Source of the DNA: an uncultured bacterium | GTDB taxonomy: Bacteria > Chlamydiota > Chlamydiia > Chlamydiales > SM23-39 | Assembly (NCBI GenBank): GCA_964594545.1 | Contig: CAZQNB010000002.1 | Coordinates: forward strand, 19,993 to 83,992 | Reading direction: 5' to 3' | DNA length: 64,000 nucleotides | Part shown: piece by piece, positions 1 to 9,628 of the stretch | Numbering within the stretch: the stretch's first letter is position 1 | Layout: every line of letters begins with the position of its first letter | Notes under the pieces: model-generated | The model's database searches: none | Told to the model about the DNA's origin: nothing | Seen by the model: the letters and a program-made list of their open reading frames with translations, nothing else | Position numbers and translations under genes: made by a program

Positions 1-1641
1 GTTCGGGAGATTGACGCTTTAGGCGGTCTCATGGGCAAAGTTGCCGATCGCACAAGTCTTCAATTTCGGATGCTCAACTCTTCCAAAGGGCCTTCTGTCC
101 GATCGCCTCGTTCGCAGGCGGATAAATCAGCTTACGCCCAAGAGATGAAGCATCGTCTCGAAAAAACCCACAATCTCGAAATTAAGCAAGCCACAACAGA
201 ATCTCTCATTGTTGAAAGTGGAACAGTCGTCGGCGTTATTACCCAGGAAGGGATTCAATATCGAGCGAAAACGGTTATTCTCTCTTCAGGGACATTTATG
301 CGGGGTCTTCTCCATATCGGAGAGACAAATTTCTCAGGTGGCAGGGGCGGGGATAAAGCGGCAACGGGGTTGTCTCCATGTTTAGAAAGTCTTGGCTTTC
401 GTTTGGGGAGACTTAAAACGGGAACGCCTCCGAGAATCAATCGCCGGAGTATTGATTTTGCCGCGTGTGAAGAGCAGGCGGGGGAAGAGGGCGTTTATTT
501 CTCATACGATGAGAGAGAAGAACGAATAACGCAGATCCCATGTCATATTACATATACAACGCCAAAGACGCATGAGATCATCCAGAGAAATCTCCACAGG
601 TCTCCGATGTATTCCGGCACAATTAAAGGCGTGGGGCCAAGATACTGCCCATCGATTGAAGATAAAGTGGTTCGGTTTGCAGATAAAGATCGGCACCAGA
701 TATTTTTAGAACCCGAAGGGCTTACCACGGAAGAGGTGTATGTCAATGGAATTTCTTCATCGCTTCCTTTTGACGTTCAATTAGAGATGATTCGGACGGT
801 GGTTGGTTTAGAAAATGCGGAAGTGATGCGGCCTGCTTACGCCATTGAATATGATTATGTTTTGAGCGATCAAATCTATCCGACGCTGGAAACAAAATTG
901 GTGTCAGGTCTTTTTTTAGCAGGACAAATCAATGGAACCACCGGCTATGAAGAGGCGGCAGGGCAGGGTCTCATTGCCGGGATCAACGCAGCTGCTAAAG
1001 TTTTGGGGAAAGACCCCTTTGTTTTAAAACGGAGCGATGCCTATCTAGGTGTGATGATTGACGATTTGATCCGGTTTGATTTAACGGAGCCCTATCGGAT
1101 GTTCACAAGTAGAGCGGAACATCGCCTTCTCTTGAGGCAAGATAACGCAGATCTTCGACTCAGATTTAAAGCCTATGAGTGGGGGATGGTCAGTTTTGAG
1201 CAATACAGCCGTACGCTCAAGAAGAAAGAGACGATTGATCAAGAAGTCCTCCGCCTTTCAAAGCTGTATAAAACAATCGACGGAAGGGGCTCTTCTTTAG
1301 CGCAAATCATATCGCGGCCCGATTGGACTTATGCATCTGCACTCATTGCCTATCCGGAGCTGATTGTGGATCACGGTTCTGATATAAATACACAGATAGA
1401 GACAGAATTGAAATATGCGGGTTACATCCAAAGACAGCAAAAAGAAGTTGCGAAGTTAGAGAATTTAGATGGAGTCAAGATTCCAAGAGATTTTGATTAC
1501 AAAGGTGTGATTGGTTTTCGTACGGAAGCGAGACAAAAACTTGTTCGATTTAGCCCTGAAAATTTGGGCCAAGCCTCCCGCATTCCCGGCGTGACTCCAT
1601 CAGATGTCTCGGTACTGTTAGTCGCTTTAAGAAAGGGGTAA
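1..1641 (+). CDS. mnmG: tRNA uridine 5-carboxymethylaminomethyl modification enzyme MnmG/GidA (5' end outside window)
   Basis: Frame 1 is open from base 1 ([13 protein letters not shown]...), so the M at 31 is internal. GidA-family blocks are present: [36 protein letters not shown] and C-terminal [12 protein letters not shown]. Confidence 0.95.
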   Translation, partial: VREIDALGGLMGKVADRTSLQFRMLNSSKGPSVRSPRSQADKSAYAQEMKHRLEKTHNLEIKQATTESLIVESGTVVGVITQEGIQYRAKTVILSSGTFMRGLLHIGETNFSGGRGGDKAATGLSPCLESLGFRLGRLKTGTPPRINRRSIDFAACEEQAGEEGVYFSYDEREERITQIPCHITYTTPKTHEIIQRNLHRSPMYSGTIKGVGPRYCPSIEDKVVRFADKDRHQIFLEPEGLTTEEVYVNGISSSLPFDVQLEMIRTVVGLENAEVMRPAYAIEYDYVLSDQIYPTLETKLVSGLFLAGQINGTTGYEEAAGQGLIAGINAAAKVLGKDPFVLKRSDAYLGVMIDDLIRFDLTEPYRMFTSRAEHRLLLRQDNADLRLRFKAYEWGMVSFEQYSRTLKKKETIDQEVLRLSKLYKTIDGRGSSLAQIISRPDWTYASALIAYPELIVDHGSDINTQIETELKYAGYIQRQQKEVAKLENLDGVKIPRDFDYKGVIGFRTEARQKLVRFSPENLGQASRIPGVTPSDVSVLLVALRKG

Positions 1642-1718
1642 GTTTTATTACTCCTCTGAATTTCATCCATTTACAAAATGTTCCTATAGCAGAGCAGCTT
1701 CAATTAGAAGAAAAGCTC

Positions 1719-2282
1719 TTGAGGGAAGAAACGTCTAATTATTGCATCGTGAATCATGGCTCGCCGCGCGCAATTGTGATGGGAATCTCAGGCAAGGAAG
1801 AGGTTTTGCTTCATGGGGATCTTGTCAAGCGAGACGGGATCCCTGTGATCCGGAGATTTAGCGGTGGCGGCACCGTAATTATTGATGAAGAAACTCTCTT
1901 TGTGACCTTTATTTTTTCAAAGCAAAGTATCGATGTTACGCCATTTCCGGAATCGATCATGCGGTGGTCGGCAGATCTTTACGCGCAGGCTTGGAATATC
2001 CCCGGATTTTCTCTAAGAGAGAATGATTATGTAATTTTTGATAAAAAATGTGGCGGGAATGCGCAATACATTCGGAAAGAAAGGTGGCTGCATCACACCT
2101 CATTTCTTTGGAATTTTTCCGGGGAAAACATGGCCTATTTGCAGATTCCGGAAAAGCGACCGAAATATCGATTGGATCGAGACCATCAGGATTTTCTTGT
2201 CCGATTAAAAGATTTTAAGGGGATAAAGGATTTGGTTAGTGAATTGGAGAGAGAGCTTGTAAAGCGGTTTTACATGAATTAA
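1719..2282 (+). CDS. lipoate-protein ligase family protein (LplA-type catalytic domain); true start probably upstream near 1647
   Basis: RRFSGGGTVIIDEETLFVTF matches the LplA-type RRxSGGG motif of the BPL/LplA/LipB fold. The same frame stays open upstream and encodes LplA-like N-terminal residues (FIHLQNVPIAEQLQLEEKLL) before the first TTG at 1719. Confidence 0.75.
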   Translation: MREETSNYCIVNHGSPRAIVMGISGKEEVLLHGDLVKRDGIPVIRRFSGGGTVIIDEETLFVTFIFSKQSIDVTPFPESIMRWSADLYAQAWNIPGFSLRENDYVIFDKKCGGNAQYIRKERWLHHTSFLWNFSGENMAYLQIPEKRPKYRLDRDHQDFLVRLKDFKGIKDLVSELERELVKRFYMN

Positions 2283-3055
2283 GAAGAGTCCTTCTGATCG
2301 GGAAGCCCAAAAAAATCTTTCATCGCTTGTTTAGATGCTTCTTTTCCAATGAGCGCAAGAGATTCTGTGAGGGGGATTTTTTTAGGACATACGCGGACGC
2401 AGTTTTGCGCGTTACCGCAGCCCGCAATGCCTTCTTCGCTTAACGCCGTATGGAGCCTGTCTGACTTTTCGAGTTTGCCAACAGGATGAGCGTTGAAAAG
2501 GCGCAGTTGCGACATCGCAGCCGGGCCTAAAAATTTTGAGTCCGAATTTACTTGCGGACAGCTTTCACTGCAACACCCGCAGGTCATACAAGTTGATAAT
2601 TCGTACATCGCCTCTTGCACTTCGGGGCTGATTTTTGGGCCAAATGAACCGCTATCCCATGATCCATCGACAGAAACCCAAGCTTTGACTTTTTGTAACG
2701 CTTCAAACATCCGCGTTCGATCGACACACAGATCCCGAATCAGAGGAAATTTGGTCAGAGGAGCGAGTGTAATGATGCTTAAGTTTGTAGCTTTAATGTA
2801 AGACTCGATCAATGCCGTGCAAGATTGTCTAGGGGTTCCATTGACAAGCATTGAGCAAGATCCGCACACCTCTTCAAGACACCCTTGTTCCCAGGCAACC
2901 GGCGTTGTTTTATTGCCTTGTTTTGTGATGGGGTTTCTTTGGATTTCCATCAACGCTGCAATCACATTCATGTCTGGGGATCTTGGAAGCTCAAATTCCT
3001 CAAAGTATTGATTATGGAGAGTCCCGCGATAAATTTTTAAGGTGAATGTTGTCAT
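2279..3055 (-). CDS. sdhB: succinate dehydrogenase iron-sulfur subunit
   Basis: Cys clusters CLEEVCGSC, CMTCGCCSESCP and CGNAQNCVRVCP. Overlaps the sdhA stop by 4 nt. Confidence 0.93.
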   Translation of the reverse strand: MTTFTLKIYRGTLHNQYFEEFELPRSPDMNVIAALMEIQRNPITKQGNKTTPVAWEQGCLEEVCGSCSMLVNGTPRQSCTALIESYIKATNLSIITLAPLTKFPLIRDLCVDRTRMFEALQKVKAWVSVDGSWDSGSFGPKISPEVQEAMYELSTCMTCGCCSESCPQVNSDSKFLGPAAMSQLRLFNAHPVGKLEKSDRLHTALSEEGIAGCGNAQNCVRVCPKKIPLTESLALIGKEASKQAMKDFFGLPDQKDSS

Positions 3056-4935
3056 ATGGGAGATGCAATCTGGGTTGGGATGTTTTTGAGCGTAGGAGTT
3101 ACTTTTTTCGCCTGTGTATAATCCCTATTTATGGGATCGAGATGCCGAATGTCAACAGGAACATAGGAAATATCGGGTTCATCCTTTGTCGGATTGTAGG
3201 TGGCGATCGTCGTTTTAAGCCAGTTCTCATCGTCCCTCTTCGGAAATTCCGGTTTATAGTGAGAGCCCCTAAATTCATTGCGAAGCAGCGCCCCCTTCGT
3301 GATCACAAGTGCAATTTCAAGCATCGCTTTGAATTGATGAGCGAAAGCATATGTTTGGTTGAGTTGCAAACCCTTGTCATCCAATGAGATGTGTTTGTAT
3401 CTTTCTTTGATTTCCTTGATTTTCTCAAGGGTCTTCTGAAGATCGGGGTTATCCCTTTTTACCGTGACGAATCGAACCATCCAGTCGGAGAGCTCGTCGT
3501 GGAGTTTGTGGACATTTTCCGGGCCTGTTCTATGGAGGAGTTCTTTTTGGATATCTTCTTCGATGCGGAGCGCGTTTTGGAATAGACTCTCCGGGACTTC
3601 TTTTGTTTTTAGTAAGTCAATGTATCTGGGGACTTCATTGCCGGTGATGAGGCCGCCAAAAATGCAAGAGAGGAGGGAGTTGGCTCCGAGGCGATTGGCC
3701 CCGTGGTAGAGATAATCGGATTCACCCACATTAAAACAGCCGCGCAAATTCGTCATTTGTCTAAAGCGATCTAATCGATCCGGGTCATCAGCAGCCGGCC
3801 AGTCGACCCAGGCGCCTCCCATTGTGTAGTGGACGGCGGGAAAAATTTTCATCGGCTTTTTGCGGGGATCTACACCTGTGAATTTTTGGTAGATGTCGAG
3901 AATCGATGCGAGTTTCCGATGTTTTTCCGGCGGAAGATGGGAGACATCGAGGTGGACTTGCATTTGTCCATCGATTCCAAGGCCAAGCTCACACACTCTT
4001 AAAACTTCTCTCGATCCGATATCGCGCGGCACGAGATTGCCAAATGAAGGGTACATCTCTTCAAGGAAAAACCACGGCTCTCCTGTTTTTCCGCACGAAC
4101 GCATAGTCCCATCGGGAAAGAGGATTTGTTTATCTGAATTGCCATAGACCCAGATTCTTCCCCCTTCGCCGCGGGATGCTTCAGAAATCAGGCGCAGTTT
4201 ATCGGGGCCCGGAATGGCAGTTGGATGGATTTGAATGAATTCACCGTTGGCGTATTTCATCCCTTGGCAATAGAGCCTACCGTTAGCGGCGCCTGTGCAG
4301 AACGTAGAGTTCGTTGATTTTTTGTAGATGAGGCCAAGGCCGCCTGTTGCGATGACAACAGCGTCGCTTTTGATGGCCTGAAGAGAAAGATCGAAAAGAT
4401 CGTGCATGACAATCCCACGAGCGATTCCCTCATCATCTAAAATAAGGCGTAAAAATTCATGGTGTTCAAATTTTTCGACAAGCCCTTTGACTTCATAGCG
4501 CCGCACCTGTTCATCCAGAGCATAGAGGAGTTGTTGCCCCGTGGAAGATCCTGCAAAGGCGGTTCGATCGTAAAGGGTCCCTCCAAATCTGCGAAAGTCG
4601 ATGTTTCCTTCTTTCGTTCGATTGAATGGGCAGCCAAATTTGTCGAGCATCCGCAAAATCGCAGGGCCTGCCATACACATTTCTAAGATGGGGGGTTGAT
4701 CGCCTAAAAAGTCGCCCCCTTTGATCGTGTCGTAGGCGTGGATGAGGGGAGAGTCGCCTTCGCCTTTTAAGTTGACTGCGACATTAATGCCCCCTTGCGC
4801 GCAGACAGAGTGGGATCTCCTCACCTTCGTGACGGAGATGAGTTTTACAGAGCACCCTTTTTCAGCAAGTTTCATCGTAGCGGATAGTCCCGCAAGACCG
4901 CCTCCGACAACAATGACCTCTTTTTTTTGCGCCAT
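3052..4935 (-). CDS. sdhA: succinate dehydrogenase flavoprotein subunit
   Basis: N-terminal VVGGGLAGL dinucleotide fold, HSVCAQGGIN FAD-attachment region and 627 aa length. Lies between sdhC and sdhB. Confidence 0.95.
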   Translation of the reverse strand: MAQKKEVIVVGGGLAGLSATMKLAEKGCSVKLISVTKVRRSHSVCAQGGINVAVNLKGEGDSPLIHAYDTIKGGDFLGDQPPILEMCMAGPAILRMLDKFGCPFNRTKEGNIDFRRFGGTLYDRTAFAGSSTGQQLLYALDEQVRRYEVKGLVEKFEHHEFLRLILDDEGIARGIVMHDLFDLSLQAIKSDAVVIATGGLGLIYKKSTNSTFCTGAANGRLYCQGMKYANGEFIQIHPTAIPGPDKLRLISEASRGEGGRIWVYGNSDKQILFPDGTMRSCGKTGEPWFFLEEMYPSFGNLVPRDIGSREVLRVCELGLGIDGQMQVHLDVSHLPPEKHRKLASILDIYQKFTGVDPRKKPMKIFPAVHYTMGGAWVDWPAADDPDRLDRFRQMTNLRGCFNVGESDYLYHGANRLGANSLLSCIFGGLITGNEVPRYIDLLKTKEVPESLFQNALRIEEDIQKELLHRTGPENVHKLHDELSDWMVRFVTVKRDNPDLQKTLEKIKEIKERYKHISLDDKGLQLNQTYAFAHQFKAMLEIALVITKGALLRNEFRGSHYKPEFPKRDDENWLKTTIATYNPTKDEPDISYVPVDIRHLDPINRDYTQAKKVTPTLKNIPTQIASPI

Positions 4936-4941
4936 AATTCA

Positions 4942-5886
4942 TTAACTCCGAAGGTTGATCCAGTAGCTGCCCCAAATCGCAGCAAATCCGAGGAAGCTAA
5001 GAAGAGCAATCCCAATTACGCTCACAGGAATCATCGATTTTTGAGAGCGGTAAGACAAAATCAGTCCCCAGGTGATCAAAAATGTCCAAAATCCATTGAA
5101 CGCGTGGAAGGCGGCAGCCAAAACAAAGATCGAATACAAAATGGCCATGAGGGGAATTTTAAATGTGTTTCGAACCATGAGCAGCATAGCCACTCCCGGG
5201 GATGGAGAGCTTGCGATGACTTCATTTTCAGACAGAGAAAAAGATCGTAGTTTTTTGATGAACTTTTCTTTTTCTTCTGTTTTTTGCATTTCATTGATGA
5301 GTATGGCCTTACTCGGAGAATATTCGTTTTGAGACGTGTAGGGATTCATCTCAGAAATTGTTTTTGCCGAAAAAAGAGTGACGTGAAGTCTCGGCGCTAA
5401 AGTGTAGAGACCCTCATCAAATGTGATTTTGTTCAGATACCGAATATCATTGCCGATCATTACTTTCTGAGGCGCTTCAATAAAGCGCATCTGCGCCACA
5501 TGGCCGATGATCCCGAAAAGGAGGATCCATGAAGAGAGCCGCTGCCAAGTAAAGGCGTGATTTCGGCCGTAAGATAGATGCGGTTTGGATCCATCTGACG
5601 GAAAAGAATTTGTTTTCGCCTGGAAAATGCGTTTGATGCCCCAAACCGCATGCACGAGAAGAGGAAGGCCGATCAAAGTAATTTCAATCGCTTGCAAATA
5701 GGGGAGCGATTCTAAGAAATTGACAAATTTGATAAAGCCAATGCCGTCATCGCCTATCCAAAGAGCGGCTTGGGAGTTGGTGATGAGGTGCAATATCAGA
5801 TAGATAACAATCCCAAATCCAAGGAGAGAATGGACTCTTCTCCAAATGAACTGAGAGGAAACTGCGGTGGGATTCAACGTTGGCAT
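4942..5886 (-). CDS. sdhC: succinate dehydrogenase cytochrome b membrane anchor subunit
   Basis: Multi-pass hydrophobic 314-aa protein immediately upstream of sdhA on the same strand. Single large anchor type. Confidence 0.8.
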   Translation of the reverse strand: MPTLNPTAVSSQFIWRRVHSLLGFGIVIYLILHLITNSQAALWIGDDGIGFIKFVNFLESLPYLQAIEITLIGLPLLVHAVWGIKRIFQAKTNSFPSDGSKPHLSYGRNHAFTWQRLSSWILLFGIIGHVAQMRFIEAPQKVMIGNDIRYLNKITFDEGLYTLAPRLHVTLFSAKTISEMNPYTSQNEYSPSKAILINEMQKTEEKEKFIKKLRSFSLSENEVIASSPSPGVAMLLMVRNTFKIPLMAILYSIFVLAAAFHAFNGFWTFLITWGLILSYRSQKSMIPVSVIGIALLSFLGFAAIWGSYWINLRS

Positions 5887-6026
5887 AAGAACGTTTTAAA
5901 GCTCTTAAAAATAATTTAGCAACTAGAAAAAAAGTTATGATGCGGACTTCCATCCTTTCCCTGTGTCTTTGACTAATAAGAAAAAACTCGCTAAGATCCA
6001 CGCCCGTTTTGAAATATGAGGGCCAA

Positions 6027-6701
6027 ATGATCAAGCCATGTGATATAGTTGCTTTTTGTAGACACAGTTTAGACACTTCCACGATGGACGCTGTGATTCG
6101 CGCGGATAATGGCGTTGGTTTGTCTGAGCCTACTCTTGGGGCAGACTTACAAGCAGGAAATTACGGGCCTGTGTTGAAATCTCTTTGGTGCGAACGAGAT
6201 AGAACAAGGCGTTTAGACTGGCTTCGGAGCAAAGCAAATGAGCTTCATCCACCTTTAATGTTCGAACAAGCGATTGCAGAATTTGGCGCTGATCCTACAG
6301 CAACGACTGTAAATTTAGTTTCTATTCCTATGATGCAAGGGGCCGCTTTTCGTGTGACTCAAGATTTTGCGTGTGCTGCGGATAGGTCTGTAAGAGTTGA
6401 GGGTGCTGCAGACTGTTTGGTTAAGATTTATATGGAAAGGCTAGAGAAACAAGTACAGTTAAAATTACGCTGCTCTATTAAGGATATTTCAAGTGACGAG
6501 CGCGATCCTGCCTGCCTAGCTAAAATTCGAGAAATAGCTCAGGCTGCTATTGATCAAACCTTACCCTCTCCACGTTGGGTAGGGTGGCATCGCATGGATG
6601 GATCCTTAAAAGGATTTCCTAGTATGTATCCGGAAAGTGAGCATAAACAGCGTCGCGATGCATGTGCCCGTGATGCCATTCAATTTTTTTGTTTTCGTTA
6701 A
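6027..6701 (+). CDS. hypothetical protein (orphan, no recognisable domain)
   Basis: Long ORF between divergent sdhC and convergent tatD. ATG 6027 follows a GAGGG Shine-Dalgarno-like site; the ORF track starts at TTG 6009. I recognise no family motif. Confidence 0.5.
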   Translation: MIKPCDIVAFCRHSLDTSTMDAVIRADNGVGLSEPTLGADLQAGNYGPVLKSLWCERDRTRRLDWLRSKANELHPPLMFEQAIAEFGADPTATTVNLVSIPMMQGAAFRVTQDFACAADRSVRVEGAADCLVKIYMERLEKQVQLKLRCSIKDISSDERDPACLAKIREIAQAAIDQTLPSPRWVGWHRMDGSLKGFPSMYPESEHKQRRDACARDAIQFFCFR

Positions 6702-7492
6702 ATAAGAGGTTCATTGCAAAAAAGGCTCTTTGCATTATTTGTTGTGGCTTCTGCAAGAGCTTCGACTGAAATGTTTTTGGCATAAGCGATACAATGGGCC
6801 GTTTCGGAAAGGTAGGCCGGCTCATTTTGTTTCCCCCGATATTTTTCAGGCGCAAGAAAGGGGGCATCTGTCTCAATGAGAAGTTGAGATAAGGGAACCA
6901 TTTTGGCAACTTCCCTTAAGAGTTCACTTTTTTTGAACGTGACAATTCCGCTTAGCGATAAAAACCATCCTCTTTTGAGAACTTCTTCTGCTTCCTTCAG
7001 CGTTCCGGTAAAGCAATGCAAAATAGCCTTGGCATTTTTGGGATATTCATAATCCACTATCGAAAAAAGATCATCAAACGCCTCCCTGCAATGAAAAATT
7101 ACAGGAAGATTGTTTGCCGCTGCAAGTTCCAGATATTGGCTTAAGAATTTTTTTTGTAGATCGGTGGGAGAGTGTTTGTAGTGGTAGTCAAGGCCTGTTT
7201 CTCCGACAGCTACCAGTTTTTTCTCTTCGGTAGCTTTTTTAAACAGGGGAAAAAATAAATCCCCCTCTTTTTCGACGTCGTGAGGCGTTGTGGCTCCTGC
7301 GTTCAGGATGTGAGGATGTTTTTGATGTAAGGCAAGCCCTTCTTCAAGGCTTGGCTTATCCGTGCAGATATTGAGAACGTGTGCAACGTGAGCGATTTTG
7401 GCTCGCGCTAAAATGGGCTCCAAATGGGGGAGTATCTCCGGAGATGTCAGGTGGGCGTGGGAATCAAAGAAGTTCATAGATCTCTTTTTCAA
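6698..7492 (-). CDS. tatD: TatD-family metal-dependent hydrolase
   Basis: FDSHAHL, GETGLDYHY and IETDAPFL motifs typical of TatD/YcfH. Confidence 0.9.
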   Translation of the reverse strand: MKKRSMNFFDSHAHLTSPEILPHLEPILARAKIAHVAHVLNICTDKPSLEEGLALHQKHPHILNAGATTPHDVEKEGDLFFPLFKKATEEKKLVAVGETGLDYHYKHSPTDLQKKFLSQYLELAAANNLPVIFHCREAFDDLFSIVDYEYPKNAKAILHCFTGTLKEAEEVLKRGWFLSLSGIVTFKKSELLREVAKMVPLSQLLIETDAPFLAPEKYRGKQNEPAYLSETAHCIAYAKNISVEALAEATTNNAKSLFCNEPLI

Positions 7493-8291
7493 ATGCGATT
7501 TTAGGAGTGATTTTTATCACGTTTTTAAGCGGTGCTAGAGCGTCAAAATAAGGAGTTACCGTTTCATATTGATTCATCTCTATCTTTGCTTTTTCCATCC
7601 AAGTAGACCAATTGCACTGATGTTTTTTTCCCCATGTGCTTACTTTTTTTAGCAGCTCGTCTTCCCGCCTTACCCAACTATAGTGATGGATCATCGGCTT
7701 TCCATCAAGACCCTTTATATCAAAACTTTTTGGAGACTCCACTGACGCAAATATCCCAAAGCGCTCCGATGAATTGAGAATTTTTAAGGGCGATAGTGCC
7801 TCTTTCTTGACAAGGAGCGCTGTTTGCTGTGTATGCGGCGCCCGTTTTGATGCTTCAAATCCATAGCAATACGATGAAAACCAGAAGGCATTGTCTTTTG
7901 GCATTTGCTTAAGCCAGGTTTTAAAACGATCCCCTTCGATGATCTCATCTGCATCTAAAAAAAGGACATAATCAATTTCTTTGGAAAGATACAAAAAGGC
8001 GAGATAGCGCGCGGTCGAATGCCAAAGGCAGCCCCAATCTTCATCGGATGAGCGTCTTTGAATATAGGGGGTATAGAGTTTTTCATGGCTATAGGCAAAT
8101 TCAAGAAATTGAACGTTTGGAAACTGAGCATATGTTTGCTCAAGACGTTTGCGATTTTCTTTTGTGCCATCAAAGTAATGATCAGACACGGGAACAATGA
8201 TTTGTTTTGCGAAGACGCTCACCTCTTTGATTGCTCTTCCCAAAAATCGATCGTCGTTCGTGCAATAATTAATGACTGCAGCAATCTCCAT
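7464..8291 (-). CDS. glycosyltransferase-like protein (GT-A fold, DxD)
   Basis: LFLDADEIIEG DxD-type motif. MEIAAVINYC at 8291 is the likely start. The 21-codon N-terminal extension in the ORF track is encoded by the arm of a palindromic repeat. Confidence 0.65.
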   Translation of the reverse strand: MEIAAVINYCTNDDRFLGRAIKEVSVFAKQIIVPVSDHYFDGTKENRKRLEQTYAQFPNVQFLEFAYSHEKLYTPYIQRRSSDEDWGCLWHSTARYLAFLYLSKEIDYVLFLDADEIIEGDRFKTWLKQMPKDNAFWFSSYCYGFEASKRAPHTQQTALLVKKEALSPLKILNSSERFGIFASVESPKSFDIKGLDGKPMIHHYSWVRREDELLKKVSTWGKKHQCNWSTWMEKAKIEMNQYETVTPYFDALAPLKNVIKITPKIAFEKEIYELL

Positions 8292-8311
8292 GAATGTGAT
8301 ATATCTTAGTT

Positions 8312-8478
8312 TATACCGAAGATACCTCAAGAATCGGCTTTTAGGCGAGTTCAAAGCGCCGAAAATCGATTAAAAAAAAGGGAATTGTATTAGTCAATAC
8401 TATGCCCTTTTTTTTAATCGATTTATCGGCAGCTTTCAATCTCGCCTAAAAACCGATTCTTGAGGTATCTTCGGTATA
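8312..8478. repeat. A-type nested palindromic element, full copy (about 167 bp)
   Basis: tataccgaagatacctcaagaatcgg-cttttaggcgag-ttcaaagcgcc-...-ggcagctttcaa-tctcgcctaaaa-accgattcttgaggtatcttcggtata. It fills most of the divergent intergenic region 8292-8499. Confidence 0.9.
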
Positions 8479-8499
8479 AATCATTTTAGGCAAGAACGT

Positions 8500-9249
8500 A
8501 TGTTTATCCTCTCGTCCGGAAACCCATTCATCAACGCATATCTTCAGTCAGACTTGTTTGGAAAAGGAGTTTTTGCAGGCCTTTTTATCCTCTCTGGGAT
8601 TTCATGGACTCTCCTTCTTCATAAAGGTTGGGTCTTGTTTCAGGTGCGGAAATTATCCACTCAATTCATTTCCATTTTTTCTGAAAAAGAGCCTTTGAAC
8701 CTTCAGTTCTCGCGCCCGATGAAAGGCCACTTATTAGAAGTCCCACACCCGTTTTTTGAGATCTATAAGTCATTTAAAATGAAAGCTTTAGCAATCATTA
8801 GTCGGAACCATTTTTTCTTGGCCGGAAATGTCTCCTTTTCAAGAGGGGATTTGGATCTTTTGGAATCTGAGATGTATGTATCTATTGGGTTGCAAATGAA
8901 GAAATTAGAAAAGCATTTGTATATCTTGCCAACGATTGCAACGCTTGGCCCTTTTATTGGGCTTTTGGGAACTGTTTGGGGGATTTTGCTCTCCTTTTCC
9001 CATATGCAGGGGAAATCTCTTGTCGGGGGAACGGAAGGGATGCTCGGCGGTTTGTCACTAGCTCTTGCGACAACGGTGCTCGGATTGTTGATTGCTATCC
9101 CGGCTTTGATTGGGAATAATTATCTTAAAGCTGCTCTTCGGGAACAAAGGCGTGAGATGGAAGGGTTTTCTCATACTCTTTTGTCTGCAATAGAGATTCA
9201 TTACAGGTTAGGTGAACATGCGACGCAGACATCTACCTCCTCCCGATGA
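8500..9249 (+). CDS. tolQ: MotA/TolQ/ExbB proton-channel protein
   Basis: LPTIATLGPFIGLLGTVWGI motif and three TM segments. First gene of the tol-pal block. Confidence 0.88.
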   Translation: MFILSSGNPFINAYLQSDLFGKGVFAGLFILSGISWTLLLHKGWVLFQVRKLSTQFISIFSEKEPLNLQFSRPMKGHLLEVPHPFFEIYKSFKMKALAIISRNHFFLAGNVSFSRGDLDLLESEMYVSIGLQMKKLEKHLYILPTIATLGPFIGLLGTVWGILLSFSHMQGKSLVGGTEGMLGGLSLALATTVLGLLIAIPALIGNNYLKAALREQRREMEGFSHTLLSAIEIHYRLGEHATQTSTSSR

Positions 9250-9628
9250 TGGCGAGGGAGAGGAATCTCCTGTGAATTTAACGCCGCTCATCGACGTTGT
9301 CTTTGTGCTTCTGATCACATTTATGCTCATTGCCCCTATTTTGAATGTGGACCATGTCGATTTGGCGCCCGGTGGAATTTTGAGTAAGCAAGATGTGGAG
9401 GAATCTCCTTTTGCGATTACGCTTCGCTCGGATCAATCGATTTGGTATAGGGGCCGAAAGATCAGTTTAAAAGAGCTCTCTTCGCAATTGAAAGCCGAAA
9501 AGCTCCGCTTTCCCTCTCAACTGCCTCAATTGATCGCCGATAAAAATTGCCATTTCGGCCTCTATCAAGAGGTAAAAAATGTTTTAGAAGAGTGTGGATT
9601 TTTGCAAATGGATGTTGTGTTGCAGTGA
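9218..9628 (+). CDS. tolR: ExbD/TolR biopolymer transport protein
   Basis: NLTPLIDVVFVLLITFM TM motif. ATG 9218 follows a GGTG SD-like site; the ORF track starts at GTG 9212. Confidence 0.88.
   Translation: MRRRHLPPPDDGEGEESPVNLTPLIDVVFVLLITFMLIAPILNVDHVDLAPGGILSKQDVEESPFAITLRSDQSIWYRGRKISLKELSSQLKAEKLRFPSQLPQLIADKNCHFGLYQEVKNVLEECGFLQMDVVLQ

Noticed and set aside
3046-4945. Multiple 60-113-aa plus-strand ORFs inside sdhA and sdhB.
   Set aside because: They are fully antisense to strongly supported sdh genes and carry no independent signals.
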